Assembly (NCBI GenBank): GCA_964626635.1
Contig: CAZVFY010000001.1
Coordinates: 112,498 to 176,497 of the forward strand
DNA: 64,000 nucleotides
Source: an uncultured Candidatus Saccharibacteria bacterium
GTDB lineage: Bacteria > Patescibacteriota > Minisyncoccia > Phycocordibacterales > UBA918
Reading direction: 5' to 3'
A program made the position numbers and the translations under genes. The notes under the pieces are model-generated. The model made no database searches. It had not been told where the DNA came from and saw nothing but the letters and a program-made list of their open reading frames with translations. Shown in pieces: positions 28,813-37,419 of this stretch (position 1 is the stretch's first letter; each line of letters starts with the position of its first letter).

Positions 28813-30681
28813 CTAGCCCGTCCAATTAAACAACAAGATCGAGAAGTCAGTCAGGCTCACATTCCCGTCGCCGTTTATATCAGCCGGTGGGTCAGACGCG
28901 CCACCGTCAGTCTGCCACCAAAACAACAAGATCGAGAAGTCAGTCAGATTAACTGACCCATCTCGATTGAGGTCAGCGGCCATACCGGCAGCTAAGGCTT
29001 GACCAACACCGAAAAACTCGTGCTGAGACCAATTCGTATTAGCGCCGCCGACTTGCTCGGCTTTGGCTCGTACCTGGTACGTATCTCGCGCGTAGGTGCT
29101 TGTATCGAGCGTGATGCGATAGGCACCAGTTTGGTCAGTCAGGGCGGTCGAGGTCTTTTGTACCCCACTCCCGCGCCGACCTGACTCAATGGTGACGGTG
29201 GCGTTTGGTAACCCATAACCACTTACAATAAGGGTCTCACCTGGCTCGACTGGATCAGGTGTGATGGTTATTGTGGGTGTGATATTAATATTTGATAATT
29301 CTGAAGCGCGGGCGCCACTAACTGTAAAGGTGGTGCTAAATACCCCAGATTGCTCGTCATTTTCATCGGTGGCGAACACCGCAAAGGTGTACGCACCCCG
29401 AGCAATATCATCCACCGTTACTTCATATGAGCCATCTGCGTCGGCGCGGACTCGGTCTGACTGAAACCCATCTACCAGCACCGATACCTCTGACCGCGGC
29501 GGTGCAAAGCCGCTGATGATCACTCGACCTTCACCTGACTCGTACGGTCCGTCATTTTCAAATCCGCCACCTGTACCATCACCATCGCGGCGTCCACCAC
29601 CACCGCCGCCGCCCGAGCCGCCCGAGCCGCCCGCACCTGATGTTTGTCCCTCGGTATTTGCACCTCCATCTGATGAGCCACTAGTACCACCACCTCCATC
29701 ACCAGACCCGGTACCATCATTGCCAGAGCCAGTACCATCACCACTCGTACTACCAGTGGTGTTAGATTGACCCGTCGGTTGCGCCAAGACAGTAAAGGAA
29801 ATTAAATAATCGTCAATATTTTCGTTAGTCTCATCGTCAACGCACCGAACATAAAATTCTTGCACTGAGTTTGGTGTGACGGTCACGACCGAAGTGTGTA
29901 CCACTAATCCAGTGTTATCAAACGTAAAAGGCTGTAAGGCAAACGCGATATCTGGCGTCCGGGCATACTTACAAACTGCAAACTCGTTCGTTTCAACGGA
30001 AATTTCTACACTCAGGTTTGTTCCCGCAATCGTACTAGTCGGTGAACCACCGAATCGCTCGGGCGGAATTTCTTCGGTCGTGTCACCGGTGACCGTGACT
30101 TTTTCATTTAGAAATACGGTGAAATCCGCTCCAGCAATTTTCCCGCCGTTTTGCACCGAAAACGGAATGCGATGCAATCCTAGATCCGTGCTATTGCGAA
30201 TCGGTTCAATATCAGCCGGGATAGTAGTCGTGCCCGTGGTCGTGCTAAAGACGTCACGCACGCCGAGGGCACCCAATGTCTGGTTACCAATATATAGCTC
30301 GAGCTCAGCACCAGATGGAATGGACAGGTCAGATCCCAGAGTATATGTAATTAACCCACCCGAGCCACCGGCGATACTGACCCCGTCGACACCAACTCCA
30401 GCGCTCGACGCCGTGTCACGCGCAATCCCATCAACGTGCAGCTGGACGTTACGCACTCCAAAGGTGGTGGTGGCTGGCGTCAGGTAAAAGTCACCAGGTA
30501 ATTGATACGTGAACACTGAACCAGGACCAAATGGTACCAAGGTGGTAAAAGAAAGCGTGTGATTTGAAAATTCCGCCGGCCCAGAATCCGACACCGTGTT
30601 CTTGAAATTTGAAATATTTGTTGCGTCAGTACTACTTGGCCACAGCCCAATCAACACAAACAGAAAGAGTACTCGCCACAT
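28813..30681 (-). CDS. Secreted protein with subunit-like N-terminal domain, Ig-like domains, Gly-rich linker and C-terminal duplicated dockerin
   Basis: Signal peptide; C-terminus ADLNRDGSVNLTDFSILL...ADINGDGNVSLTDFSILL (two F-hand Ca-binding repeats). Confidence 0.85.
   Translation of the reverse strand: MWRVLFLFVLIGLWPSSTDATNISNFKNTVSDSGPAEFSNHTLSFTTLVPFGPGSVFTYQLPGDFYLTPATTTFGVRNVQLHVDGIARDTASSAGVGVDGVSIAGGSGGLITYTLGSDLSIPSGAELELYIGNQTLGALGVRDVFSTTTGTTTIPADIEPIRNSTDLGLHRIPFSVQNGGKIAGADFTVFLNEKVTVTGDTTEEIPPERFGGSPTSTIAGTNLSVEISVETNEFAVCKYARTPDIAFALQPFTFDNTGLVVHTSVVTVTPNSVQEFYVRCVDDETNENIDDYLISFTVLAQPTGQSNTTGSTSGDGTGSGNDGTGSGDGGGGTSGSSDGGANTEGQTSGAGGSGGSGGGGGGGRRDGDGTGGGFENDGPYESGEGRVIISGFAPPRSEVSVLVDGFQSDRVRADADGSYEVTVDDIARGAYTFAVFATDENDEQSGVFSTTFTVSGARASELSNINITPTITITPDPVEPGETLIVSGYGLPNATVTIESGRRGSGVQKTSTALTDQTGAYRITLDTSTYARDTYQVRAKAEQVGGANTNWSQHEFFGVGQALAAGMAADLNRDGSVNLTDFSILLFWWQTDGGASDPPADINGDGNVSLTDFSILLFNWTG
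28828..28947. repeat. Exact 27-nt direct repeat encoding both dockerin helices
   Basis: AAACAACAAGATCGAGAAGTCAGTCAG at 28828-28854 and 28921-28947. Confidence 0.9.
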
Positions 30682-30695
30682 ATGTACACCTTACC

Positions 30696-31124
30696 TTACA
30701 TCACCGGGCGCATTGAAGGCTTTTCCCTAACCGCTGGTCGCTGGCGCACAAAATCCAGCACATAATTGAGTACAATCAGCACCAACATGATAAATAATAT
30801 TGAGGCGAGAACGTACGTAGAACGATCCATTGGTTCGCCAGACTCGCGGAGCGAGACTGCTATTTCCCGCTCTTCTAACATCGCTTCACGCGTCGCGAGC
30901 GCCGTCCGCTGTGCGGTCAGCTCAGCAGTGATGCTGTTGAACTCGTTTGGGGCGACAGAGGCCGACATACCGACACTAGCGCCGAGATACTCGATCGCGC
31001 CATCAAACATATCTGCAGTACTGGGGTGGAGCAAGCCAGTGGCATACACCAACGTGATCGCTGTCACCAGGGATCCGATTCGCAGTAGTTTGTGGTACAG
31101 CGTATCACGCATACTGTTAGGCAA
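30696..31124 (-). CDS. Small two-TM protein with central coiled coil
   Basis: Hydrophobic segments at both ends; ITAELTAQRTALATREAMLEERE heptads; overlaps the end of the upstream gene and stops 14 nt before the downstream start. Confidence 0.7.
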   Translation of the reverse strand: MPNSMRDTLYHKLLRIGSLVTAITLVYATGLLHPSTADMFDGAIEYLGASVGMSASVAPNEFNSITAELTAQRTALATREAMLEEREIAVSLRESGEPMDRSTYVLASILFIMLVLIVLNYVLDFVRQRPAVREKPSMRPVM

Positions 31125-32196
31125 ATAATAGCAACATTACGAGTAAGAATATCGCCAGCACCACCAGCACCGCCAGCAGCGTCACTAGCAACAGTGACTG
31201 GCCGCCCGCTTGCTTGCGGCGGACCACGCGCCGTCCGACGCTGAGCTGCGCCACTTTACGTTTGATGTAGATACGCACCCCGATGACAGTGACTAGCAGT
31301 ACCACCGCTAGCACGCCCAGCACTGGGCCGATAATACTGAACGGCAAAATCCAGAATGTCACCGTGCTACTCATGGTCTTTCGTGCACCATCGAGTCCAT
31401 ACACTGGACTGAGGATCGCTTCGTACCGCCCAAAGCCAATCTCGTCTCCTTCCCATGTCAGTGCAAATTCTCGAGTGTCATTGGGGAAGACACCGGCTTG
31501 CGTGTCATTAAACGCCACCTCTCCTACCCTCGCTCCGAGTGCATTGTAAATCTCCAACGGTCCAGTCGGGCGGACTAGTACATTTCCCTGATTTTCAATC
31601 CGGACTTGGAAATCGACATTTTGTGATCCATACAAGAATTTACCTGTCGAGAACTGTCGGATATTCGCGGTCTCTACTGCGTCACCGCTGACCCTGATAC
31701 TGACGATGTTGGCTACCTGGTAGCCTACCGCTGCGCCACTTTGGCTGATGTCCGGGGCCTCGACCGACACAAAAATCCCCCCAAAATTACTACCTGGCGG
31801 CGCGTCCTCAGGCACATCCATCTGGAACGTAAACGCTCGAGTTGTCCCGGCTGGTACCGTGATCGTGGTGGTCGATAGCGTGATCCAGTCGACCAATTCA
31901 AAGCCGGTTGCATCCAAGTTCGAATTAGCAAACACCGGCACTCCACCATCGTCTACTGATTCAATGTTGCGTGTAAACAAAAAATACGTCTGCTCTTCAT
32001 CGGTTAGGTTACCGACCTCGACAGTACGGTTGACGGTGATTCCGGGATCGAGCGTTTCCTCGATTACTGCCGGCGAGATACTGACGCCGGCACCTGACTG
32101 TGCGTGCAATGCCTGTGTTCCGAAAAGCCACACTGAAACAGCGAGTGTCAGCAGCGTGATGATTCGTAATATCAGTGGGTGAGATAAGGCTTGCAT
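31117..32196 (-). CDS. DUF916/WxL-interacting-protein-like (PapD-like fold) membrane-anchored protein
   Basis: Signal peptide, GVSISPAVIE..LDPG......V.N, WI.L....ITVPAG......F...VP.DAPPG...GGI, RIENQGNV...P.G...I, FGRY.A; two C-terminal TMs. Confidence 0.65.
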   Translation of the reverse strand: MQALSHPLILRIITLLTLAVSVWLFGTQALHAQSGAGVSISPAVIEETLDPGITVNRTVEVGNLTDEEQTYFLFTRNIESVDDGGVPVFANSNLDATGFELVDWITLSTTTITVPAGTTRAFTFQMDVPEDAPPGSNFGGIFVSVEAPDISQSGAAVGYQVANIVSIRVSGDAVETANIRQFSTGKFLYGSQNVDFQVRIENQGNVLVRPTGPLEIYNALGARVGEVAFNDTQAGVFPNDTREFALTWEGDEIGFGRYEAILSPVYGLDGARKTMSSTVTFWILPFSIIGPVLGVLAVVLLVTVIGVRIYIKRKVAQLSVGRRVVRRKQAGGQSLLLVTLLAVLVVLAIFLLVMLLLFA

Positions 32197-32243
32197 ATTG
32201 CACTAGTGTAGCAGCCGCAGAGGATTAAATATTTCTGTATACA

Positions 32244-32279
32244 CAAAACCACCCAGGCCGGATGGTCTGGGTGGTTTTG
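32244..32279 (-). terminator. Strong intrinsic terminator after the 377-aa subunit gene
   Basis: CAAAACCACCCAGGCC-GGAT-GGTCTGGGTGGTTTTG hairpin with A/T tracts on both sides. Confidence 0.85.
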
Positions 32280-32327
32280 ATGCTCTCAGTGACTAATAGA
32301 TTCAGCCAGTGTAGCGGGTGCGAGCAA

Positions 32328-33461
32328 CTAGAAGGTTGGTGTCGCGATGTAGGTCAGAGTTGTGTTGTAGTCGTCACCAGCTTCCTGGAGTGGAGTGATT
32401 TCGAGCTTGTACGCAACTTGTGTTACACCTTCGTTGGCAACTGTACCGTTGGTTACTCCGTCGTGTGAGAAGATTTCTCGTGGCGTAGTACTCGCTGATA
32501 CGAATAATGATGTACCAAATTCATCAGTGTTCAGGTCATCTTCTGAAGTCAGACCCCAGTGACCGTAGGTGTTTTCACTATTGACTGTGTTAGTCGGTGA
32601 AGCCCAAACCGTTGGTGTATCGGTGTAAGTACCGTCAACGAATCCGTCGATGTCAGCTCCGGTTGATGAGATCAGATTAGAGTCCTGCTCGACTGTCACC
32701 ACAAAACCATTGATGGCGTTAGTAGTAACATTGAGCTGCTGTCCAATGATCTTGGCGTTAGCAGATCCTGGTGCTACTTCACCAAATGGGATGGTAGTAG
32801 TTGAACTGTCATCAGTGGTAGTCTCGCCATTGACGTCAGTACCAGCTGCTAATGGGCTAATTACAAAGTCAAAGATAGATGCCACTTCGGCAGTGACTTC
32901 AACTGTGTCGATGATAGCTACTCGAGTACGACCACTGTCCGGTGTACCGTTGGTTGCATCCGCAACTTCGACGAGAACCTCGTACGAGTCGCCGATGCCG
33001 GCCGCTGCTACTTTAGCTGGATTGACGATTTTACCGTCTGCGACCACGACTTGAATAGTATCTCCCGCGCCGGCAGCCAGACCGTCAAAGGTAATGCTGT
33101 CAGCTGTTGCTGTAAATGTACCTAGCGTGAATGCCCCATCGCCAGTTACCGTGAGGTCAGCTCCGACAACTGTTTCGATGTCGTCAAACGGTTCTGAGAC
33201 TGCACCCTGATCACGAGCATCCCAAGTGATGGTGATGTCGTCAGCCGTGGTTATAGTCGAACCGGTTGGTACGGTGAACTCAATGGTGTGAGAAGACGTC
33301 ACGCTCGGATTTGAACTCGAGAGTGTGTTACTCACGCTAGTAAGGTTAGCTGCTTGTGCAGAATGGAAATACCCTGCTGAGGCAAATACCACTGCACCAG
33401 CAACAAGTGTCGCGACCACTCGTTGCGAAATGCCAACTGAATTGGTTGGAATTACGAACAT
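32328..33461 (-). CDS. Secreted two-domain beta protein, WxL/pilin-like putative major subunit
   Basis: Signal peptide ending AQA; LNVTTNAINGFVVTV motif; C-terminal strand VAYKLEITPLQEAGDDYNTTLTYIATPTF; own long leader and terminator. Confidence 0.65.
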   Translation of the reverse strand: MFVIPTNSVGISQRVVATLVAGAVVFASAGYFHSAQAANLTSVSNTLSSSNPSVTSSHTIEFTVPTGSTITTADDITITWDARDQGAVSEPFDDIETVVGADLTVTGDGAFTLGTFTATADSITFDGLAAGAGDTIQVVVADGKIVNPAKVAAAGIGDSYEVLVEVADATNGTPDSGRTRVAIIDTVEVTAEVASIFDFVISPLAAGTDVNGETTTDDSSTTTIPFGEVAPGSANAKIIGQQLNVTTNAINGFVVTVEQDSNLISSTGADIDGFVDGTYTDTPTVWASPTNTVNSENTYGHWGLTSEDDLNTDEFGTSLFVSASTTPREIFSHDGVTNGTVANEGVTQVAYKLEITPLQEAGDDYNTTLTYIATPTF

Positions 33462-33788
33462 GTATTATTTTATTTAATTGTAAATAACGTGGCGCTCACT
33501 TCCTTATATTATGTAAAGAGTGAACTAACCCGGCACAACACTTGTATGGAGAGATGTCTGGCATTCGTATGTGAGAAAGTCTCAGCCTGTGAATGCGACA
33601 TCAATGTTGTACCGATCTACGATTATTTTACGCTACTACCCGAGTGCTTGTCCGATTACTGCTGTTGATAACTACTATTGGACGTCCCTGTATCGCTTAT
33701 TCCAGCCTTATTCGCCTAGTCGCAATAGCTTGCTTTCGGCCATGTCCCATGGATCCCGTCATGTACAAACGTCTTTTTATGGTCGATG

Positions 33789-35063
33789 TTAGGCGGCTTT
33801 GACCGTAGGCAAGTCACTCCAGCGCGTCGTATAGGCTGGACTGCGAGACGCTGATTTGGGTTGCCACTGCCGGGTGCGCAATCGCGACCCGATCACCACT
33901 AGCTCTCGATCTGCCTTGGCATTGATTGCGTCTAGGGCACTCAGCAGTGTCTCGTTAGTATCGGCCAGTTTGGCAAAAAAGCTACTGGTCGCCACGCCAG
34001 CGAGTGTAATACCGCTGACTGCCACCAGGACTTTTTGGTACGGTACGCCGGGTTCATGAAGTGCGAGTAACTGTGTTTGTACCATGCTGACTAACGCAAA
34101 TGTGTCATTGGTTGGGTTCGCCAAAGCGATCTCGCGAGACCCGCCACGCAACACAAAATCCCCGTGACGACTGGTGTGTAGCGATACGCGGACCGCCCCT
34201 GCGACCGCCTGCATAGCGCGCAGTTCCTCGGCGATATGCCGGGCGTGGTAGCTGGCGGCGTCTTGAATAATGGATAGATTATTTGTAGTACGGCTAAAAG
34301 ACCGTGAGTTCATCAAGCTCTTTTGTAAGGCTCGGACTGGCGTGACCGGGTACGCCACTGACCCGCGCAGTTCGGCCTGTAACCGTACCGCTCCGACTCC
34401 ACCACACGACCGAATCAGGGTACTATCGGCCTGCAATAATTCACCTACCGTACTGATACCAGCGGCGCAGTAGCGCTCGAGCATCCCTCGCCCCACACCC
34501 CAGACTTCGCCAACGCCAAGTGACCGTACGTCAGAGTGCCACCAATCCTCGGTCTCAACAAAAATACCAGTGTCGCGCTTGGCGGCACTCACGGCACATT
34601 TAGACAGAGTTTTAGTGCGTGCCACCCCGATCGAGACCGGAACACCGGTTTGTTGCCAGATCGCAGCCCGCATAGCAGCGATATTGTCCTTGACGTTCTC
34701 ATCAGCTGCGATCGTAAAAAAGCATTCGTCGATCGAGTACTGTTCCACACAGGAAAAATAAGTGCGGATGACATCAGAGACCCGTCGAGACAGATCACGA
34801 TACAGCGTAATGTTACCTGAAAACAATGTGACATCATTGTCTTTGAGACTATCTTTTACCTTAAAATAGGGTGTACCCATAGGGACACCTATGTCCTTTA
34901 TCTCTTGCGAGCGCGCGATAATGCAGCCATCGTTTGATGATAAGACAGCCACTGGTTTGGTCGCCAAATCCGGCCTAAATAGTCGTTCGCACGACACGAA
35001 GAAATTATTGCAGTCGACCAAACCAATCAGCTGGCCTTGGTTGCTATGACTCATTTGATTCAT
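33789..35063 (-). CDS. umuC: Y-family DNA polymerase V catalytic subunit
   Basis: LVDCNNFFVSCERLF, VLSSNDGCIIARS, YSIDE, C-terminal SPAYTTRWSDLP. Confidence 0.93.
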   Translation of the reverse strand: MNQMSHSNQGQLIGLVDCNNFFVSCERLFRPDLATKPVAVLSSNDGCIIARSQEIKDIGVPMGTPYFKVKDSLKDNDVTLFSGNITLYRDLSRRVSDVIRTYFSCVEQYSIDECFFTIAADENVKDNIAAMRAAIWQQTGVPVSIGVARTKTLSKCAVSAAKRDTGIFVETEDWWHSDVRSLGVGEVWGVGRGMLERYCAAGISTVGELLQADSTLIRSCGGVGAVRLQAELRGSVAYPVTPVRALQKSLMNSRSFSRTTNNLSIIQDAASYHARHIAEELRAMQAVAGAVRVSLHTSRHGDFVLRGGSREIALANPTNDTFALVSMVQTQLLALHEPGVPYQKVLVAVSGITLAGVATSSFFAKLADTNETLLSALDAINAKADRELVVIGSRLRTRQWQPKSASRSPAYTTRWSDLPTVKAA

Positions 35064-35506
35064 ACACGCGCAAATTGCCGAACCGTACCAGTGACGACAC
35101 CCCAGACGTACACATCATCGGCCCCCTCAATCACGATTGGTTCGTAGCCAGTTTGCGCCGAACGCAGTTCAGTCGCGGTAGCGGTTTTGTAGAGTTGCTT
35201 AACGACCAGTTCACCAAACACCGCCGCAACGACGATACTGCCGTGCGTTGCGGTCACTGACCGATCGACCACCAGCACGTCGCCATCAAATATGCGCAAT
35301 CCCTCCATCGAGTCACCCGACACTCTGACAAAGAAGGTTGCAGTGGGATTGTCGACCAGTAAATCATTAATATTAAGTGGTGCCTCGACCAGATCATCAC
35401 CGGGCGCGGGGAATCCAGCCGCGGGGCGCGATACATACAATGGCCACTGCCGTGAATCGACATTGAGTGCAGTGGGTTTGATGTGGGTGACGCGCGTGGT
35501 TGGCAT
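35060..35506 (-). CDS. umuD: DNA polymerase V auxiliary subunit (S24 peptidase)
   Basis: AAGFPAP autocleavage site, VSGDSM catalytic Ser, VVK Lys; 4-bp overlap with umuC. Confidence 0.92.
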   Translation of the reverse strand: MPTTRVTHIKPTALNVDSRQWPLYVSRPAAGFPAPGDDLVEAPLNINDLLVDNPTATFFVRVSGDSMEGLRIFDGDVLVVDRSVTATHGSIVVAAVFGELVVKQLYKTATATELRSAQTGYEPIVIEGADDVYVWGVVTGTVRQFARV

Positions 35507-35537
35507 AGCAAAATACTAGCACGTCCCCTACTTTGTG

Positions 35538-36695
35538 CTAGGCAATCGTAACGGTGCCGACGAGCGCGAACTGCACCCACCATAAACCTCCGACCAGCAG
35601 CAATAGTGCGACAGCATAAGACACTTGTCTAAAATGTAATCGCCTCGTCTCACCTAGTAGCGCAATGATGCTACAAATGATTGCCACCCCAACGAGCAAT
35701 GAATACACCGTGTCGAGGATCAGTTGCGGTCTGGTCAGCAGGCCGCTGAGGCCAGTATGCCCGCTATGCACACCATTTGACACTACTACTGGCGGTAAGC
35801 TGGCCACTGGCTCGGCGTCGACCTCGGGCACAAAGTCTGACGCAACCACGCGGTCAGATGGCACCAGAGGCGGTGCGAGAGTAGGTAGGCCCACCGGAAT
35901 GGGCGGCATAGTTGGACTGGTTTGGCCACGTGGCGAACTTTCATTTACTGGTGCAGGTGCGGAGTCTGATACCGGTGCCGGAGTCGCGAGTCCAGCTATT
36001 GCAGCGTCTTCGGTGGCGGCCGCAAGTAATTCGACTGGCTCTGGTGTCGCCGGCGTTGGTTCTGACACTGACAATGGCTCACTGAGGGTGGTTGGCGCAC
36101 TAACAGTGTCGGGTGCGGCACGCGTGGCCAAGGCCGGCGCTATCGGCGTGTCAGTTGGTGTGCCGAATAATTGCACTACGAAGATAGTTTCGTACCCTTC
36201 GTATTGACCACGAGCTGTCCCGACGCCAATCTCGGTGAATTTGCTGTCGACGATGTTTTCTTTATGGGTTGGTGAATTCATCCAGGCGCGCACTACGGCG
36301 TCCGCATCATTAAAATGTACGGCGAGATTCTCGCCCGCGTGTACATAGTCATAATTGACGTCAGCAAAAAACTCCCAGGGTGTCGTACCGTCTGGTGCAA
36401 AGTGTGCAAAATAGCCGTTTGCAGCCATGTGTTCGGCTTTGGCGGTCGCCGCTGCATCCAGCAGCGGCGACCGAGCGAGCGATGTAGCTGCGTACCCGGC
36501 TCGCTCGACGTTTGTTTCTTCGACCACCACCGCCGGCAACACCGCGCCGACTAGCCAATCTGACGATCGCCACAATAGCGCTTGGGCACTGGTACCGACG
36601 AACGTCAGTACGATCAGCCCGCCAACACACGCGAGCGCTACTTTCTCAAATTTATTGGGGGCGTACGTATCGTCTGGCGCAAACCACTGTCTCAT
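35538..36695 (-). CDS. CAP/SCP (YkwD-like) domain membrane protein with Pro/Thr linker
   Basis: AKAEHMAANGYFAH, AGENLA, AWMNSPTHKENI, EIGVG; two C-terminal TMs; probable start MRQWF at 36695. Confidence 0.88.
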   Translation of the reverse strand: MRQWFAPDDTYAPNKFEKVALACVGGLIVLTFVGTSAQALLWRSSDWLVGAVLPAVVVEETNVERAGYAATSLARSPLLDAAATAKAEHMAANGYFAHFAPDGTTPWEFFADVNYDYVHAGENLAVHFNDADAVVRAWMNSPTHKENIVDSKFTEIGVGTARGQYEGYETIFVVQLFGTPTDTPIAPALATRAAPDTVSAPTTLSEPLSVSEPTPATPEPVELLAAATEDAAIAGLATPAPVSDSAPAPVNESSPRGQTSPTMPPIPVGLPTLAPPLVPSDRVVASDFVPEVDAEPVASLPPVVVSNGVHSGHTGLSGLLTRPQLILDTVYSLLVGVAIICSIIALLGETRRLHFRQVSYAVALLLLVGGLWWVQFALVGTVTIA

Positions 36696-36735
36696 ACATT
36701 GTATCGTACCATTTTCGAAGTACGTGCCGGTGCCA

Positions 36736-37419
36736 CTATGTAGATTCGCGAGTACCAACGAGCTCGGCAAATACTACGCGGTTATGCGAGTACCGCTGTG
36801 TCCCCTGGTCAAATATTCCGGAACAAGTAATTAGTCGTAACCCAGCGTGGTCGATGTCTTGGTATACCAAGTCAGTCGGGAAATCGTTCTGATCGTAGCG
36901 CTCGTTACGCGTGACCGCATATACGAGTGACACCCCATCATCGCGTTCAACAATCACTTCGTCGCCGGTTTGCAGTTGTCCGAGCGAGAAAAACACCGCC
37001 GGACCACCCACCGAGTCAACGTGCCCGAGGATCACCGAGGGCCCTAGATTGCCCGGCACTGGACTGTAGCGATACCACCCGACCTGATCGTACGTGGCTG
37101 GCACAGCCACTTCTCCAGAATCGAGCAAGCCGAGCGGATCCACAAACGTACTGTCTACTTGCGCGCGAGGGACAATCAGACGAGTCGGCCTCGTATCACT
37201 GGTGGCAGATACAACGAGAGTATCGGTTGCAACTGTAGATGTAACTGGCTCAGTCACTGCGGGCTGTACGCTCCTCGGACCTGTCACCGGATCGCCGCCT
37301 GTTTGCTGGCCGAGCACCACCAATATAACTAGCGCACACAAAAGTACGCCGACAGGCGAACCTGCGGCGTACTGCATGTGGTTTTTTAGTTGTGAGAGGA
37401 TTTCTCTAGCCTTGTCCAT
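36736..37419 (-). CDS. Class F sortase
   Basis: N-terminal TM, GWY...P.PG..G.SVILGHVD, F..L..L..GD, LRLITCSG, YSHNRVVFA; probable start MDKARE at 37419. Confidence 0.9.
   Translation of the reverse strand: MDKAREILSQLKNHMQYAAGSPVGVLLCALVILVVLGQQTGGDPVTGPRSVQPAVTEPVTSTVATDTLVVSATSDTRPTRLIVPRAQVDSTFVDPLGLLDSGEVAVPATYDQVGWYRYSPVPGNLGPSVILGHVDSVGGPAVFFSLGQLQTGDEVIVERDDGVSLVYAVTRNERYDQNDFPTDLVYQDIDHAGLRLITCSGIFDQGTQRYSHNRVVFAELVGTREST

Noticed and set aside
29560-29770. Low-complexity GC-rich tract
   Set aside because: Encodes the Gly/Ser linker of the dockerin protein; not an independent DNA repeat element
26726-30681. Cellulosome interpretation of cohesin plus dockerin
   Set aside because: Single cohesin, and the dockerin is not attached to any recognisable catalytic CAZyme domain
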